A stretch of DNA of 49,914 bases from a virus (lineage: Duplodnaviria > Heunggongvirae > Uroviricota > Caudoviricetes): the IMG/VR virus record IMGVR_UViG_2802429222_000003. One strand, given 5' to 3'. Below, piece by piece: positions 35,002-44,386 of the stretch. Positions within the stretch are counted from its first letter, which is position 1, and each line of letters starts with the position of its first letter. Made by a program: the position numbers and the translations under genes. Under the pieces are notes generated by a model, which worked only from the letters and a program-made list of their open reading frames with translations, was not told where the DNA came from and searched no databases.

Positions 35002-35799
35002 TTACTCTCTGGAAGCTTTTCTTATCTCTCTTGGTGTTATATTAAAACGATTATGAAATCTTTCAGTAAAACGAGAAGGACACTTATAACCATTTTCTCT
35101 GGCAATCTCGCTTATAGGTTTTACCGTCGTTTGTATAGCAGACAACGCATTATTTAACCTCACATCGTCCAGTATACTTTGGAAACTTACCCCCTCGCTT
35201 GCTAGACGGCGATGTAATGTAGAAACAGAAATGTAGAGATATCGAGCAACCTTGTTTGCTGTCCATTTTGTGCCGGGTTCGGATAGCAGCAGGTTATAAC
35301 AACGACTTATCAATGATTGTTTACTATATGATAAAAGTAAATGATTAACATGATTCACTCCTAACGAAAGTAGAACGCCCATTGCTAAGTGCTCCTGAAT
35401 TTTAGTTGAGAAGCCTCGGGAAACAGATGTTTTTAGTTGCTCCCAACAATATATTAACTCAGGATTCTGAGGTAAAAAGAAACTTGTTTTGTTACGTATT
35501 TGATCAGTTACCGTATAAAGTTTTTGGAAACTCTCAATTAAATCAATGGGTAAGTAAAGCATTTCTGCAAGATAAAGCCCTGCTTCAGGATAATTCTCAA
35601 TATAAAATTCATAACCACAAGGAAATAATATTATTTGATTATTATCAACAGTTAAAGTATGCGTCTCCCAATTGATAACTTTCTTTCCCTGACGGATACG
35701 ACACAAAGCTGGCATAAGAGGCTTAACCCTATGAATCTCATGATGTTTATGCATCCGTATTTCTTCGATCTTTAAGTTAGTCTTACCTCTTGCCAGCAT
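35002..35799 (-). CDS. AraC-family regulator, YbcM-like (265 aa)
   Basis: C-terminal AraC HTH; AT-rich cargo block. Confidence 0.8.
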
Positions 35800-35808
35800 A
35801 CTCTCACC

Positions 35809-36360
35809 CTACTTTATCTCATAAACTGGTGTTATCTCAGCGGTTGCGATTTTATTAGCATTAAGCATATAACCAACTAACGCTCCGCTGGAGTTAGAAT
35901 CTACAGGAATCTTTTCAGTTTTTAGAGCCCATACTTTAAACTGGTAATGATGTGGTTTATCTCCTTTAGGAGGACATGCGCCACCAAACCCAGCATAGCC
36001 AAAATCATTTCGGCCTTGAACAGCACCAGTCGGCAGTTTTGTTCCATCACGTCTCCCTGCATCAACGGGCAAATATGTTATTGTTGCTGGAATATTAACA
36101 ACAGTCCAATGCCACCAACCACTGCCTGTAGGTGCATCTGGATCATATACAGTTACGGCAAAGCTTTTGGTACCTTCAGGAACACCAGACCAGGTTAATG
36201 AGGGCGATGTATTACCACCTTCACACCCAAATCCAGAAAAGACATGAGACGTTGTAAGTTGCTCTCCTGTTTTTATTTCATTACTAGTGACCTGAAATGC
36301 TGCAGCCTGCGCAGAAAATGTTATGAATGCCAATACAGTTGAAACGATAAGTGTTTTCAT
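35809..36360 (-). CDS. PEBP-family periplasmic protein, YbcL-like (183 aa)
   Basis: signal peptide; PEBP signatures DPDAP and HHY. Confidence 0.85.
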   Translation of the reverse strand: MKTLIVSTVLAFITFSAQAAAFQVTSNEIKTGEQLTTSHVFSGFGCEGGNTSPSLTWSGVPEGTKSFAVTVYDPDAPTGSGWWHWTVVNIPATITYLPVDAGRRDGTKLPTGAVQGRNDFGYAGFGGACPPKGDKPHHYQFKVWALKTEKIPVDSNSSGALVGYMLNANKIATAEITPVYEIK

Positions 36361-36577
36361 AAAAACCTCTTTGTTATGACCTATCGTTATTTTATTTGAT
36401 ATTCCTTTATCTCATTATGCATAAAGGCGCAATGTTTATGCAAAAGCAATCACAATTGTACCCCCAACCCAATTATTTGCCACAATATACACAAAGCACA
36501 TTGATACTATCTAAAAACTCTGCTTTATTATTAGTAATACCTACGAAAGTCGGTGTTATTTTTTAACCTACCATTCA

Positions 36578-36625
36578 AAATACGTGACATACACCATTTT
36601 GCTCATAATAATTTGTCACGTATTT
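36578..36625. repeat. perfect 12-bp inverted repeat AAATACGTGACA / TGTCACGTATTT with 24-bp spacer
   Basis: read directly at 36578..36589 and 36614..36625, between the recombinase and PEBP genes. Confidence 0.85.
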
Positions 36626-36824
36626 TCAGTATTTGAATCTGCGACCAAGAGTTCTCACCTAACAAATGATTAAGATTGTATAGCTCATTTACTACCCCAA
36701 TACAGCCGTACAAAACTCGCTTGTGGGAGCAAACAAAGTAATTACCCATTAAGTTTCGTCAAAGATAATTAATTCTGTCTTGCACTTTATCACCATAGCA
36801 TAACTTAAAATCCGAGATCATTAT

Positions 36825-38351
36825 TTAGAAATAAATCTCACCATCAACCATATATTTGAGAGCACTTATCGCCTGCTGGGCGGATATTACTTTCATTAAA
36901 GGATAGTGTTTAAAAACAATGCCATTCATAAAATAGATATCACAGGTTTTATTATCCGTATTAATTATGATTTTTTCGAATGTTTTATAGGCAAGTGTAC
37001 GGCATAACTCTCGTCCATTTTTACTGGTTAAGTCAATAGCATAAAAATCACTGAATGAATTTACACCTTTACTCTTCAAAGTTTTCAATGATACCGAAGC
37101 CCTTCGTAATTCCTTATCTAATAGTCTTATTTTCTCTGCTATAGCGGTAACTTCAGGCGCGACAGACAATGCAACGATTAAATTATTAATTTTCATCTGA
37201 AGCTCAATAATTTTTAACTCTAAAGTTTCATTAGCATCTTTCTTGTTTTCAACTGGTTGAATTTTGCTACAATTAAAAAGCAATTCATTAATGATATTAT
37301 AATCAACCAAATCTCTTTTTATTGATGGCCTGTCACATCGATGTAATCTTCTCATCGGACAAACATAATAGCCATGCAAACTTCCAGATACCGCATGAAC
37401 AATCATGGTATTACCACAAGCCTCACACTTCATAACTGTTCGAAGTAGATTTATTAGCATAGGATTCTTGCTACTATTGCTAATACCAAAAGGTGCCAAC
37501 CGAATTTCCTGTACAGCGTAAAACAAATCATCTGATATGACTCTGGGATAATAGCCAGCGATTTCACTTATCCCTTTCCCTCTTGCACGATATGAAGGTA
37601 CGCATATACCTATCAGAGCTTTATTCGCTAATAATTTTTCAATTACAGAAGGTCCCCATGCACTTTCTTTTCCTGAGAAATTCTTTACAGCATGATCATT
37701 TAAATACTTGGCTATTGCATTCAATGAGCGCCTTTCCATCCTGAGTTTAAAAATTAGCTCAATAGTTTTCACCCTGTCGGGGTCTGGAACAAAAGCCGTT
37801 CTTTTGTCATCTAAGGAGAGCCATCTCGGACAAGACGCCGTCATAATCGTACCTGATTCCAGTGCATCCTGCCGTTTTTTCTTCCATGATAATTTAACCC
37901 GACTTGACTTTATCTCGCTTTCTTCATTTGCCCTTTGTGCTATAAGTATGGCTTTTATTAATGAATATGGCTCATTCAAAGAGTCAATATTATAGACTGT
38001 ATTGTCGCAAAGAGTTATAACATCAATACCGTGATTCAAAATCAATTTCAGACGTTCAATCGCTTCACCGACTTTTTCTCTTGAAAGTCTGTCCAGACTT
38101 TCAACTAACAATGTAGTTCCTGGCAATATATAACCATGCTCTATAGCATCTAAAAATTCCGAAAAAGCTCCTGATTGTGCATGCTTTCCTTTGAATGCAC
38201 TTAATCCTAAATCTTCATATGTTATGGTATCAAGATAATAATCACTATTTACCTTTAACCATTCAGCAATAAGTCTTCTCTGTCGGTTTAATGAGTCACC
38301 AGACATCTGACCTGGTGATGAAAATCGCATATATGCTATGGCTTTTTTCAT
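36825..38351 (-). CDS. large serine recombinase, YbcK-like (508 aa)
   Basis: N-terminal resolvase-type domain (YMRFSSPGQ), C-terminal Cys cluster CEACGN...YYVCPMRRLHRC. Confidence 0.8.
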   Translation of the reverse strand: MKKAIAYMRFSSPGQMSGDSLNRQRRLIAEWLKVNSDYYLDTITYEDLGLSAFKGKHAQSGAFSEFLDAIEHGYILPGTTLLVESLDRLSREKVGEAIERLKLILNHGIDVITLCDNTVYNIDSLNEPYSLIKAILIAQRANEESEIKSSRVKLSWKKKRQDALESGTIMTASCPRWLSLDDKRTAFVPDPDRVKTIELIFKLRMERRSLNAIAKYLNDHAVKNFSGKESAWGPSVIEKLLANKALIGICVPSYRARGKGISEIAGYYPRVISDDLFYAVQEIRLAPFGISNSSKNPMLINLLRTVMKCEACGNTMIVHAVSGSLHGYYVCPMRRLHRCDRPSIKRDLVDYNIINELLFNCSKIQPVENKKDANETLELKIIELQMKINNLIVALSVAPEVTAIAEKIRLLDKELRRASVSLKTLKSKGVNSFSDFYAIDLTSKNGRELCRTLAYKTFEKIIINTDNKTCDIYFMNGIVFKHYPLMKVISAQQAISALKYMVDGEIYF

Positions 38352-38605
38352 GGTGACACCTGCTAACGTATGCTTTTATAAACCTTAGTGGTGGGATATA
38401 ATTTTTGTTTAATTTTTATTTAAAAAGACAATTAAGGTCACATTATCTTGAATATACAACAATAATCGTATTGCAATTTTCTTACGCCATAATCTTGAAA
38501 GCACAAAAGAATACATAAAAAATAAAGACATTAACAAAAAGCATAAAACGAGGCTCATATAAATATAAGAGCCTCCATATTTTAGTCGTTTAGAAACAAA
38601 TTATT

Positions 38606-38938
38606 TTAATGTGGTGTGCTTCGTGACAATAAATTAATAACCAACACACCGGCACAAATCAACATCATGCCTATAATGGCTGGCAGGTCCAGCCGTTGGC
38701 CGAAAAGTCCCCATGACAGTAAGCTAATCAGGACAATACCGACTCCTGACCAGATAGCATAAGCAATCCCTGTAGGAATATAAGCCAGCGTCTGAGCTAA
38801 TAACCAGAATGATGCACAATAACAAATAATTGTACCAACAGATGGCCATAACCGTGTAAAACCTTCTGAAAACTTCATTAAGGTTGTACCAATGACCTCT
38901 GCAAGTATTGCACCACCAAGATAAATATAAGGGTTCAT
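38606..38938 (-). CDS. emrE: small multidrug resistance efflux transporter EmrE (110 aa)
   Basis: from the internal Met the product MNPYIYLGGAILAEVIGTTLMKFSEGF... matches recalled EmrE; track ORF has an 18-codon extension. Confidence 0.9.
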   Translation of the reverse strand: MNPYIYLGGAILAEVIGTTLMKFSEGFTRLWPSVGTIICYCASFWLLAQTLAYIPTGIAYAIWSGVGIVLISLLSWGLFGQRLDLPAIIGMMLICAGVLVINLLSRSTPH

Positions 38939-39005
38939 AGCATATTCTTTCCTGTTCAAACTGGAGAGAATTGTACTACAGTTTGAACTCAACTCACCTG
39001 TTTCA

Positions 39006-39308
39006 TCATTGTGTACCCATTGATGTTCTTTTATATACCCTCAATACCCGTTTCATCGCGGCACTCTGGCGACACTCCTTAAAAATCAGATTCGTGCTCA
39101 CCTTTCCTTCCCGTTCTTCTCTGGTAGCGAACCGGTAATACACCGTTCGCCAGACCTTACCATCAACGACCAGGATTCCTGCCCGCGCCATTTTAGCCGC
39201 AGCCTGATTTATGCTGGTTACGGTTGCGCCTGTTACCGCGGCAACGTCCTGTGCACAGAAGCTCTTATGCGTCCCCAGGTAATGAATAATTGCCTCTTTG
39301 CCCGTCAT
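39006..39308 (-). CDS. ren: Ren exclusion protein
   Basis: MTGKEAIIHYLGTH... similar to recalled lambda Ren. Confidence 0.85.
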   Translation of the reverse strand: MTGKEAIIHYLGTHKSFCAQDVAAVTGATVTSINQAAAKMARAGILVVDGKVWRTVYYRFATREEREGKVSTNLIFKECRQSAAMKRVLRVYKRTSMGTQ

Positions 39309-40006
39309 ACACTTGCTCCTTTCAGCCCAAACTTAGCTTTGATTTCTGCGATCTTCGCCAGAGCCTGTGCACGATTTAGAGGTCTACCGCCCATGACAGG
39401 AAGTTGTTTTACTGGTTCAGGTATCGCCTCATCACGGTTAATTCGCGCTGTCATACAGGCCAGTTCATCGGCAGCCTTGCGCCGTAATTCCGCATCAGTC
39501 AGCGCATTGGCCCGCATGTTCTGATACAGGTTGGTAACCAGCCAGTAGTGCGCGTTTGATTTCCACGGATAAGACTCTGCATCCGGATACAGGCCACGTT
39601 TCCGGCAATACTCGTAAACCATATCAACCAGCTCGCTGGCGTTTGGCAGCCCGGCGGTAACGGATGCTTCTTCCCGGCACCAGGCAACAAACTGCCCGGG
39701 TGATGGCAGGAATGGTCGATTCTGCCGACGGGCTACGCGCATTCCTGCGTTAACCTGTTCCATCGTGGTGATCCCGTTTTCCCGGAAAGCCAGAACCCAC
39801 TGGCGGCGGATTTCGTTCAGTTCGTTCTGGTCCCGGTTAGCCAGGCTCGCCGGGAAAGTTGCCAGTAACTGGCTGAACACACCGTTGATGATCTGCGCTA
39901 CCTGTTGTACCTGCGGCTTTTCGTCGTACTGTTCCGGCATGTTGTTGGCGATCCGGCGCATCTGCTCACGGTCAAAGTTAACCATCTGTGCGGCGATGTT
40001 TTTCAT
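39305..40006 (-). CDS. P: replication protein P (233 aa)
   Basis: near-identical to recalled lambda P. Confidence 0.93.
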   Translation of the reverse strand: MKNIAAQMVNFDREQMRRIANNMPEQYDEKPQVQQVAQIINGVFSQLLATFPASLANRDQNELNEIRRQWVLAFRENGITTMEQVNAGMRVARRQNRPFLPSPGQFVAWCREEASVTAGLPNASELVDMVYEYCRKRGLYPDAESYPWKSNAHYWLVTNLYQNMRANALTDAELRRKAADELACMTARINRDEAIPEPVKQLPVMGGRPLNRAQALAKIAEIKAKFGLKGASV

Positions 40007-41022
40007 AAATCCACCCCGTAAATCCAGTCAGTGTTTGTCAGGTCGAGTTTTGATTTTCCGGCTGTCACGCCAGCCTGTTGCTTGTTACGGTTGATTTCGA
40101 GTTGGGTCCACTTGTCGCGGAGTTTGGCCGGACTTAGCACGTTACCGGACCAGAAGTTGTCCTGGCATGCCCAGCGGAACAGCACGCACATGTCGCGGTG
40201 GTTACGGCCGTCACGTTCACGCATCAGACGGATATCGTTAGCCCACCCTGCAAAATTCGGTTTTCTGGCTGATGGCGCGATGGTCTTCACCATGTCAAAC
40301 ATCCACTCTGCGGCGGTCAGGTCTTCTGCTGTCCCCCACTTGCTGCCGCTCTGAATCGCAGCATCCGCTTTCACCACAGGAAGGTCGTTTTCTGGCAGGT
40401 CAGAGGATTCGCCAGAATTCTCGGACGAATAAGGTTTTATATTGTCTTTTGTTAGTTTGTCTTTTGTGTTTACCTGATTCGGGTAAGTGCCTTTACCTGA
40501 TTTGGGTAAACTTTTCTTACCTGATTCAGGTAAATTTACCTCTTTCAGGTAAACTTTATTTTTCTTACCTGATTCGGGTAATGTTGACCATTCACTGACC
40601 ACATTATTAATGCCTATATTCCGCCCGCTCTGAATAAAAATCCCACGCTTTACCAGAGCACTTTTTGCAGCAGAACACTTGTGCGGCAATATCCCGGTTA
40701 ATTCGGAAAGTTGCTCGTTGCTAACCCAATCCAGTTTTTTATTAAAGCCATATGTTTTGCGCATGACAGCCAGAAAGACCAGAAGCTGGTGCTGTGTTAA
40801 TCCGGCCAGCATCACAGCTTCCAGCAACTCATTTGCAATGCGCGTATAACCATCATCGAGATCTGCCACGCGCGGCTCCTTTTGTGCCGCATCCGGCACT
40901 GGAAAATTGAATATCTCAGCAGTGTTTGCCATAATTCCTCCCGCAATGAGTGTGTTACGATTTGCACCTGAAAGTCGGTTCTGTTCCAGCAGACCGGCTT
41001 TCGCCATTTCTGAACCTGTCAT
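40003..41022 (-). CDS. O: replication initiator O (lambda-like C-terminal domain, non-lambda N-terminal domain)
   Basis: C-terminal ~150 aa match recalled lambda O; N-terminus differs; ATGA overlap with upstream gene; alternative start at Met31 (40932). Confidence 0.85.
   Translation of the reverse strand: MTGSEMAKAGLLEQNRLSGANRNTLIAGGIMANTAEIFNFPVPDAAQKEPRVADLDDGYTRIANELLEAVMLAGLTQHQLLVFLAVMRKTYGFNKKLDWVSNEQLSELTGILPHKCSAAKSALVKRGIFIQSGRNIGINNVVSEWSTLPESGKKNKVYLKEVNLPESGKKSLPKSGKGTYPNQVNTKDKLTKDNIKPYSSENSGESSDLPENDLPVVKADAAIQSGSKWGTAEDLTAAEWMFDMVKTIAPSARKPNFAGWANDIRLMRERDGRNHRDMCVLFRWACQDNFWSGNVLSPAKLRDKWTQLEINRNKQQAGVTAGKSKLDLTNTDWIYGVDL
40470..40581. repeat. replication origin iterons: five 17-bp TTACCTNNTTCNGGTAA repeats inside O
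   Basis: units at 40470..40486, 40493..40509, 40517..40533, 40536..40552, 40565..40581; AT-rich tract on the O-downstream side. Confidence 0.8.
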
Positions 41023-41564
41023 ATCGCCCCCAGCATGGTAGTAACCATCGCCATCAATGGACCAGCCAGATCTGGGTCCACACGAAACATCGACACAATA
41101 CCTTCACTAATTTCCTTCAGTTTCTGGTGGCGTGGTGCGTTGAGAATGACAGCCTGTTTTGCCTCACTGAGTTCCTTTTCCATTTCAGCCAACCTAACCA
41201 TGAAGCTATCCTGCTCAACCAGGTAACCGCGATATTCCAGCGGTAGTACCGCCAGAATTGCCGGGGTCAGTTCACGCACGTTATTTCGGTATTTTTCAGA
41301 ATCGAATTTGTTATCGAGGAAGCGGAACAGCTTCTGGCGTGCACGGCTGACATCATCAGGGAAATCGATGGTGCCGCCGCCCTGCTCCCGATACTCATTC
41401 ACAATGAGTGTGGCAACGACATCCTGATTATCTACAGCCGACCAGGCGCGGACGGCATCACGGATTTTTTCGTGGCCTGGCACCTGTTTTGTTTGAGAAC
41501 GATTTATCACCGCAGTCGGGCTAAATCCGCTAGTCTGTTGGTATGTAAGTGGTTGCATAGTCAT
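41019..41564 (-). CDS. hypothetical protein at the cII position (181 aa)
   Basis: lies between cro-like gene and O, coupled to O by ATGA overlap; not lambda CII-like. Confidence 0.5.
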   Translation of the reverse strand: MTMQPLTYQQTSGFSPTAVINRSQTKQVPGHEKIRDAVRAWSAVDNQDVVATLIVNEYREQGGGTIDFPDDVSRARQKLFRFLDNKFDSEKYRNNVRELTPAILAVLPLEYRGYLVEQDSFMVRLAEMEKELSEAKQAVILNAPRHQKLKEISEGIVSMFRVDPDLAGPLMAMVTTMLGAI

Positions 41565-41588
41565 TGCCTTATCAGTTCACGCCGCAGA

Positions 41589-41822
41589 TTAGGCGGCAGA
41601 ATTACTCGCGTTAAACAATGGTGCGAGGTCGGGACGAATATCTGCTGGTTTAATCTTTCCACCAGTGGCTGAGACAATTTTCATTACATAGCGGGCATCA
41701 ATTCCGCCACCGTGTAGCCAACGCCAAACAGTGGGTTGGGCTACACCGCATAGATCTGCCAGTCGTTTTTGACTACCTGTAATACTGATTGCGAGTTGAA
41801 TGGTTTTATTTGTCATTATCAA
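41589..41822 (-). CDS. Cro-like HTH regulator (77 aa)
   Basis: HTH pattern QKRLADLCGVAQPTVWRW; divergent from the repressor gene. Confidence 0.7.
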   Translation of the reverse strand: MIMTNKTIQLAISITGSQKRLADLCGVAQPTVWRWLHGGGIDARYVMKIVSATGGKIKPADIRPDLAPLFNASNSAA

Positions 41823-41927
41823 TTCCTATTGGTATTGAAATGAATGAATAATAGCAATGCGTATTAACCAAAATCAATAGCAAAACGTGTTTTGACCATC
41901 AATACGCAAGCGTATAAATTAAAACTT
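41823..41927. promoter_or_regulatory. immunity-region operator/promoter: dyads ATAGCAATGCGTAT (41851..41864), CAAAACGTGTTTTG (41881..41894), ATACGCAAGCGTAT (41902..41915); candidate divergent promoters
   Basis: plus strand TTGACC (41891..41896) and TATAAA (41912..41917) before the cI ATG; minus strand TTGATT-18-TATTAT toward cro. Confidence 0.55.
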
Positions 41928-42620
41928 ATGAAAAAAGAAACTCTTGCTGATCGCTTAAACCTAGCGATGGAACAATCTGGAATGTCTCAAGGCGCTCTTG
42001 CAAAGGCGTCTGGCGTAGCTCAACCCACTATCTGGAGACTGACAAGCGGCAACGCGCGCGGCTCAACAAAAATTGTTGAAATAGCTAATGCATTGGGTGT
42101 TCGAACAGAGTGGCTTTCATCAGGCATAGGCCCGATGAGAAATGACGGTCAACAATCAGGAAAGCCTGCTGTCAACCACTCCAAATACTTCAAGATTGAC
42201 GTTCTTGATATAGAAGTCAGTGCCGGGCCGGGAGTCATCAACCGTGAGTTTGTAGAAGTTCTACGCTCGGTTGAGTACTCGTTTGACGATGCTCGTCACA
42301 TGTTCGATGGTAGGAAGGCAGAAAATATCCGCATCATTAACGTACGCGGTGACAGCATGTCAGGAACGATTGAACCTGGTGATCTTCTATTCGTTGATAT
42401 CACGGTTAAATCTTTCGACGGTGATGGTATCTATGCGTTTCTGTACGACGACACAGCCCATGTAAAGCGCCTGCAAATGATGAAGGATAAGCTGCTGGTT
42501 ATCTCTGATAACAAAAGCTACTCACCGTGGGACCCGATCGAGAAAGATGAGATGAACCGGGTATTCATATTCGGTAAGGTTATTGGGAGCATGCCGCAGA
42601 CATACAGAAAGCATGGATGA
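41928..42620 (+). CDS. cI: CI-type prophage repressor (HTH + S24 LexA-like peptidase domain, 230 aa)
   Basis: N-terminal HTH (QGALAKASGVAQPTIWRL), C-terminal GDSM and KR motifs; ATG 41928 preferred over TTG 41892. Confidence 0.85.
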   Translation: MKKETLADRLNLAMEQSGMSQGALAKASGVAQPTIWRLTSGNARGSTKIVEIANALGVRTEWLSSGIGPMRNDGQQSGKPAVNHSKYFKIDVLDIEVSAGPGVINREFVEVLRSVEYSFDDARHMFDGRKAENIRIINVRGDSMSGTIEPGDLLFVDITVKSFDGDGIYAFLYDDTAHVKRLQMMKDKLLVISDNKSYSPWDPIEKDEMNRVFIFGKVIGSMPQTYRKHG

Positions 42621-42740
42621 AAATGTAATTCGCGATGGCTTAATTGAGCATGGACTGATAGATAGTTTTTTGAAAGCCCATAAAGGCAATGTTACAGAAT
42701 TTTTTGATACATTACGATAGATTGAGTTGAGGTAATATCC

Positions 42741-43505
42741 GTGATTAGAGTAGGAAGACTGCTTCCTGGCGGAATTGTTATTGAAGAAGGACACCATCGC
42801 CCAATTAAAGGTGCTGCAATTCTTCAGTCTGAGTCTGGAGATGTAGAAGAAGTCATTGTTTTTGCGAAGCAACTTTCAAACAGAGGTATCGCCACCGAAA
42901 TTACTTGTGCTGCACTTGGTAGGTTGCTCTCTCTTCCGATTCCAGAACCAGTATTACTATTTGATAATAACAACCAACCTTTTTTTGGGAGTATTGATAC
43001 CGCTTACCCCAGCTTTACGCAGTTCATCAGCAATTCATCTGATTCTGGAGTTCTTAAGGCACTGGAATCATGGCCTCTATTGCAAAAAGCAGCCTATTTT
43101 GATGAATGGATTGCAATGGATGATCGTCATAATGGAAATTTACTATTTAATGGTGACGACTTTATTCTGATTGATCACGAAACTGCAATCCCTCCTGGAT
43201 TATCTCCAGACCAAACTGGTATAGATTACTATTCAAATCAACTGCTTCAACTTGCAAATGACTTAATAGATCGCAACAATGAAATTGCTATCCAAATGGC
43301 AGCAAATGATGCTCGAGCATGGGCATCATCTTGTAAACAAGATTCTATCGAAAAATTAGATGAAGAGATTTATGCCAGTGTTCACACTAAACCCAAGAAC
43401 CAGATGTTATCATTCCTTTCTGCTAGAATAGAGGTACTTGGTGACATACTATATGAGCAGATAAAACCGAAACAGACACAGATAAATTACAATGCTAAAC
43501 CTTGA
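42741..43505 (+). CDS. protein-kinase-like protein (254 aa), candidate exclusion/abortive-infection kinase
   Basis: GTG start with GAGG ribosome-binding site; motifs VFAK, FDEWIAMDDRHNGNLLF and DDFILIDHE with 18-residue Asp-to-Asp spacing; AT-rich. Confidence 0.6.
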   Translation: MIRVGRLLPGGIVIEEGHHRPIKGAAILQSESGDVEEVIVFAKQLSNRGIATEITCAALGRLLSLPIPEPVLLFDNNNQPFFGSIDTAYPSFTQFISNSSDSGVLKALESWPLLQKAAYFDEWIAMDDRHNGNLLFNGDDFILIDHETAIPPGLSPDQTGIDYYSNQLLQLANDLIDRNNEIAIQMAANDARAWASSCKQDSIEKLDEEIYASVHTKPKNQMLSFLSARIEVLGDILYEQIKPKQTQINYNAKP

Positions 43506-44373
43506 TCAACTCTTGAAATCAGCACCAGCGATGCCAACCTCAACAGGTAGCTGGGCGTCTGTATATCTTGAGCCAATGGTAGGTTCGGGTGAAAGACTGA
43601 CTGTCATAGTCGCTGTGGTAACGTCCAACGGAGATGTTCTCGTAAAGCCAGCAATAAGGAAAGAAGTTATCGAAGCCATGTACGGATTCAGAGCGTCTTC
43701 TTTCAATCGCATGATTGAGGTTATTTCAAACAGCCTTCAATATCACCTTGAAAATAATAAAAATTTTTCCGGATGGGTTCCTCCTATCTCAGGCATTACA
43801 TTGAGCACTCCTCGACAAGCCGTGTCTGCTAGTGTTACAGGTATATTGCGACAGGCGGTTGCTCTATCATCTAGCTTATCCTCGCTTCTAGAAATTGAAA
43901 ATAATCATGTAAAAAAACGCTCTAGTAATTCGAGGGAAAAAGATCGATGGTCAACGCAACTACTCGATGCTGTCATAAATAAAGATAACAGAAGAAATAT
44001 ATTCTTCAATCGACAATTTAGTTTTAGCGATGGGCATCGACCTGCAAAGATATTTTATCTGAGCGACCATGCGGCCATCAACACTGGAAAATTACTTCCG
44101 CATAACTTAACCGAACAAGTAAAAGATGGAAAGGCAAAAATCTCTGATTTATCAATGATAAAAAAACATGGCGATATATTCCCTCGCGATACTCATAAAC
44201 TTATAATCTATAAACCTGAGGATGATAACCCTGCTTATACTGATAAAAACATTGCATCCATTAAGAGTGCTTTCTTAGCACTTCAAGATCTTGCTTATAC
44301 TTACGATATATCTATTACAGCTGTAAACTCTGTAGAACAAGCTGCAAGTATTATTTTAAACACAGCAGCCTAA
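43492..44373 (+). CDS. hypothetical partner protein of the kinase-like gene (293 aa)
   Basis: overlaps upstream gene by 14 nt; followed by a strong terminator; no recognisable domain. Confidence 0.55.
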   Translation: MLNLDQLLKSAPAMPTSTGSWASVYLEPMVGSGERLTVIVAVVTSNGDVLVKPAIRKEVIEAMYGFRASSFNRMIEVISNSLQYHLENNKNFSGWVPPISGITLSTPRQAVSASVTGILRQAVALSSSLSSLLEIENNHVKKRSSNSREKDRWSTQLLDAVINKDNRRNIFFNRQFSFSDGHRPAKIFYLSDHAAINTGKLLPHNLTEQVKDGKAKISDLSMIKKHGDIFPRDTHKLIIYKPEDDNPAYTDKNIASIKSAFLALQDLAYTYDISITAVNSVEQAASIILNTAA

Positions 44374-44386
44374 TGCTCACAACTAA

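Noticed and set aside
40470-40581. Possible CRISPR array
   Set aside because: Only five units, palindromic repeats, irregular short spacers, inside the O gene; these are origin iterons
42522-42872. 116-aa minus-strand ORF across the cI 3' end and kinase 5' end
   Set aside because: Antisense to two better-supported genes and spans their intergenic region
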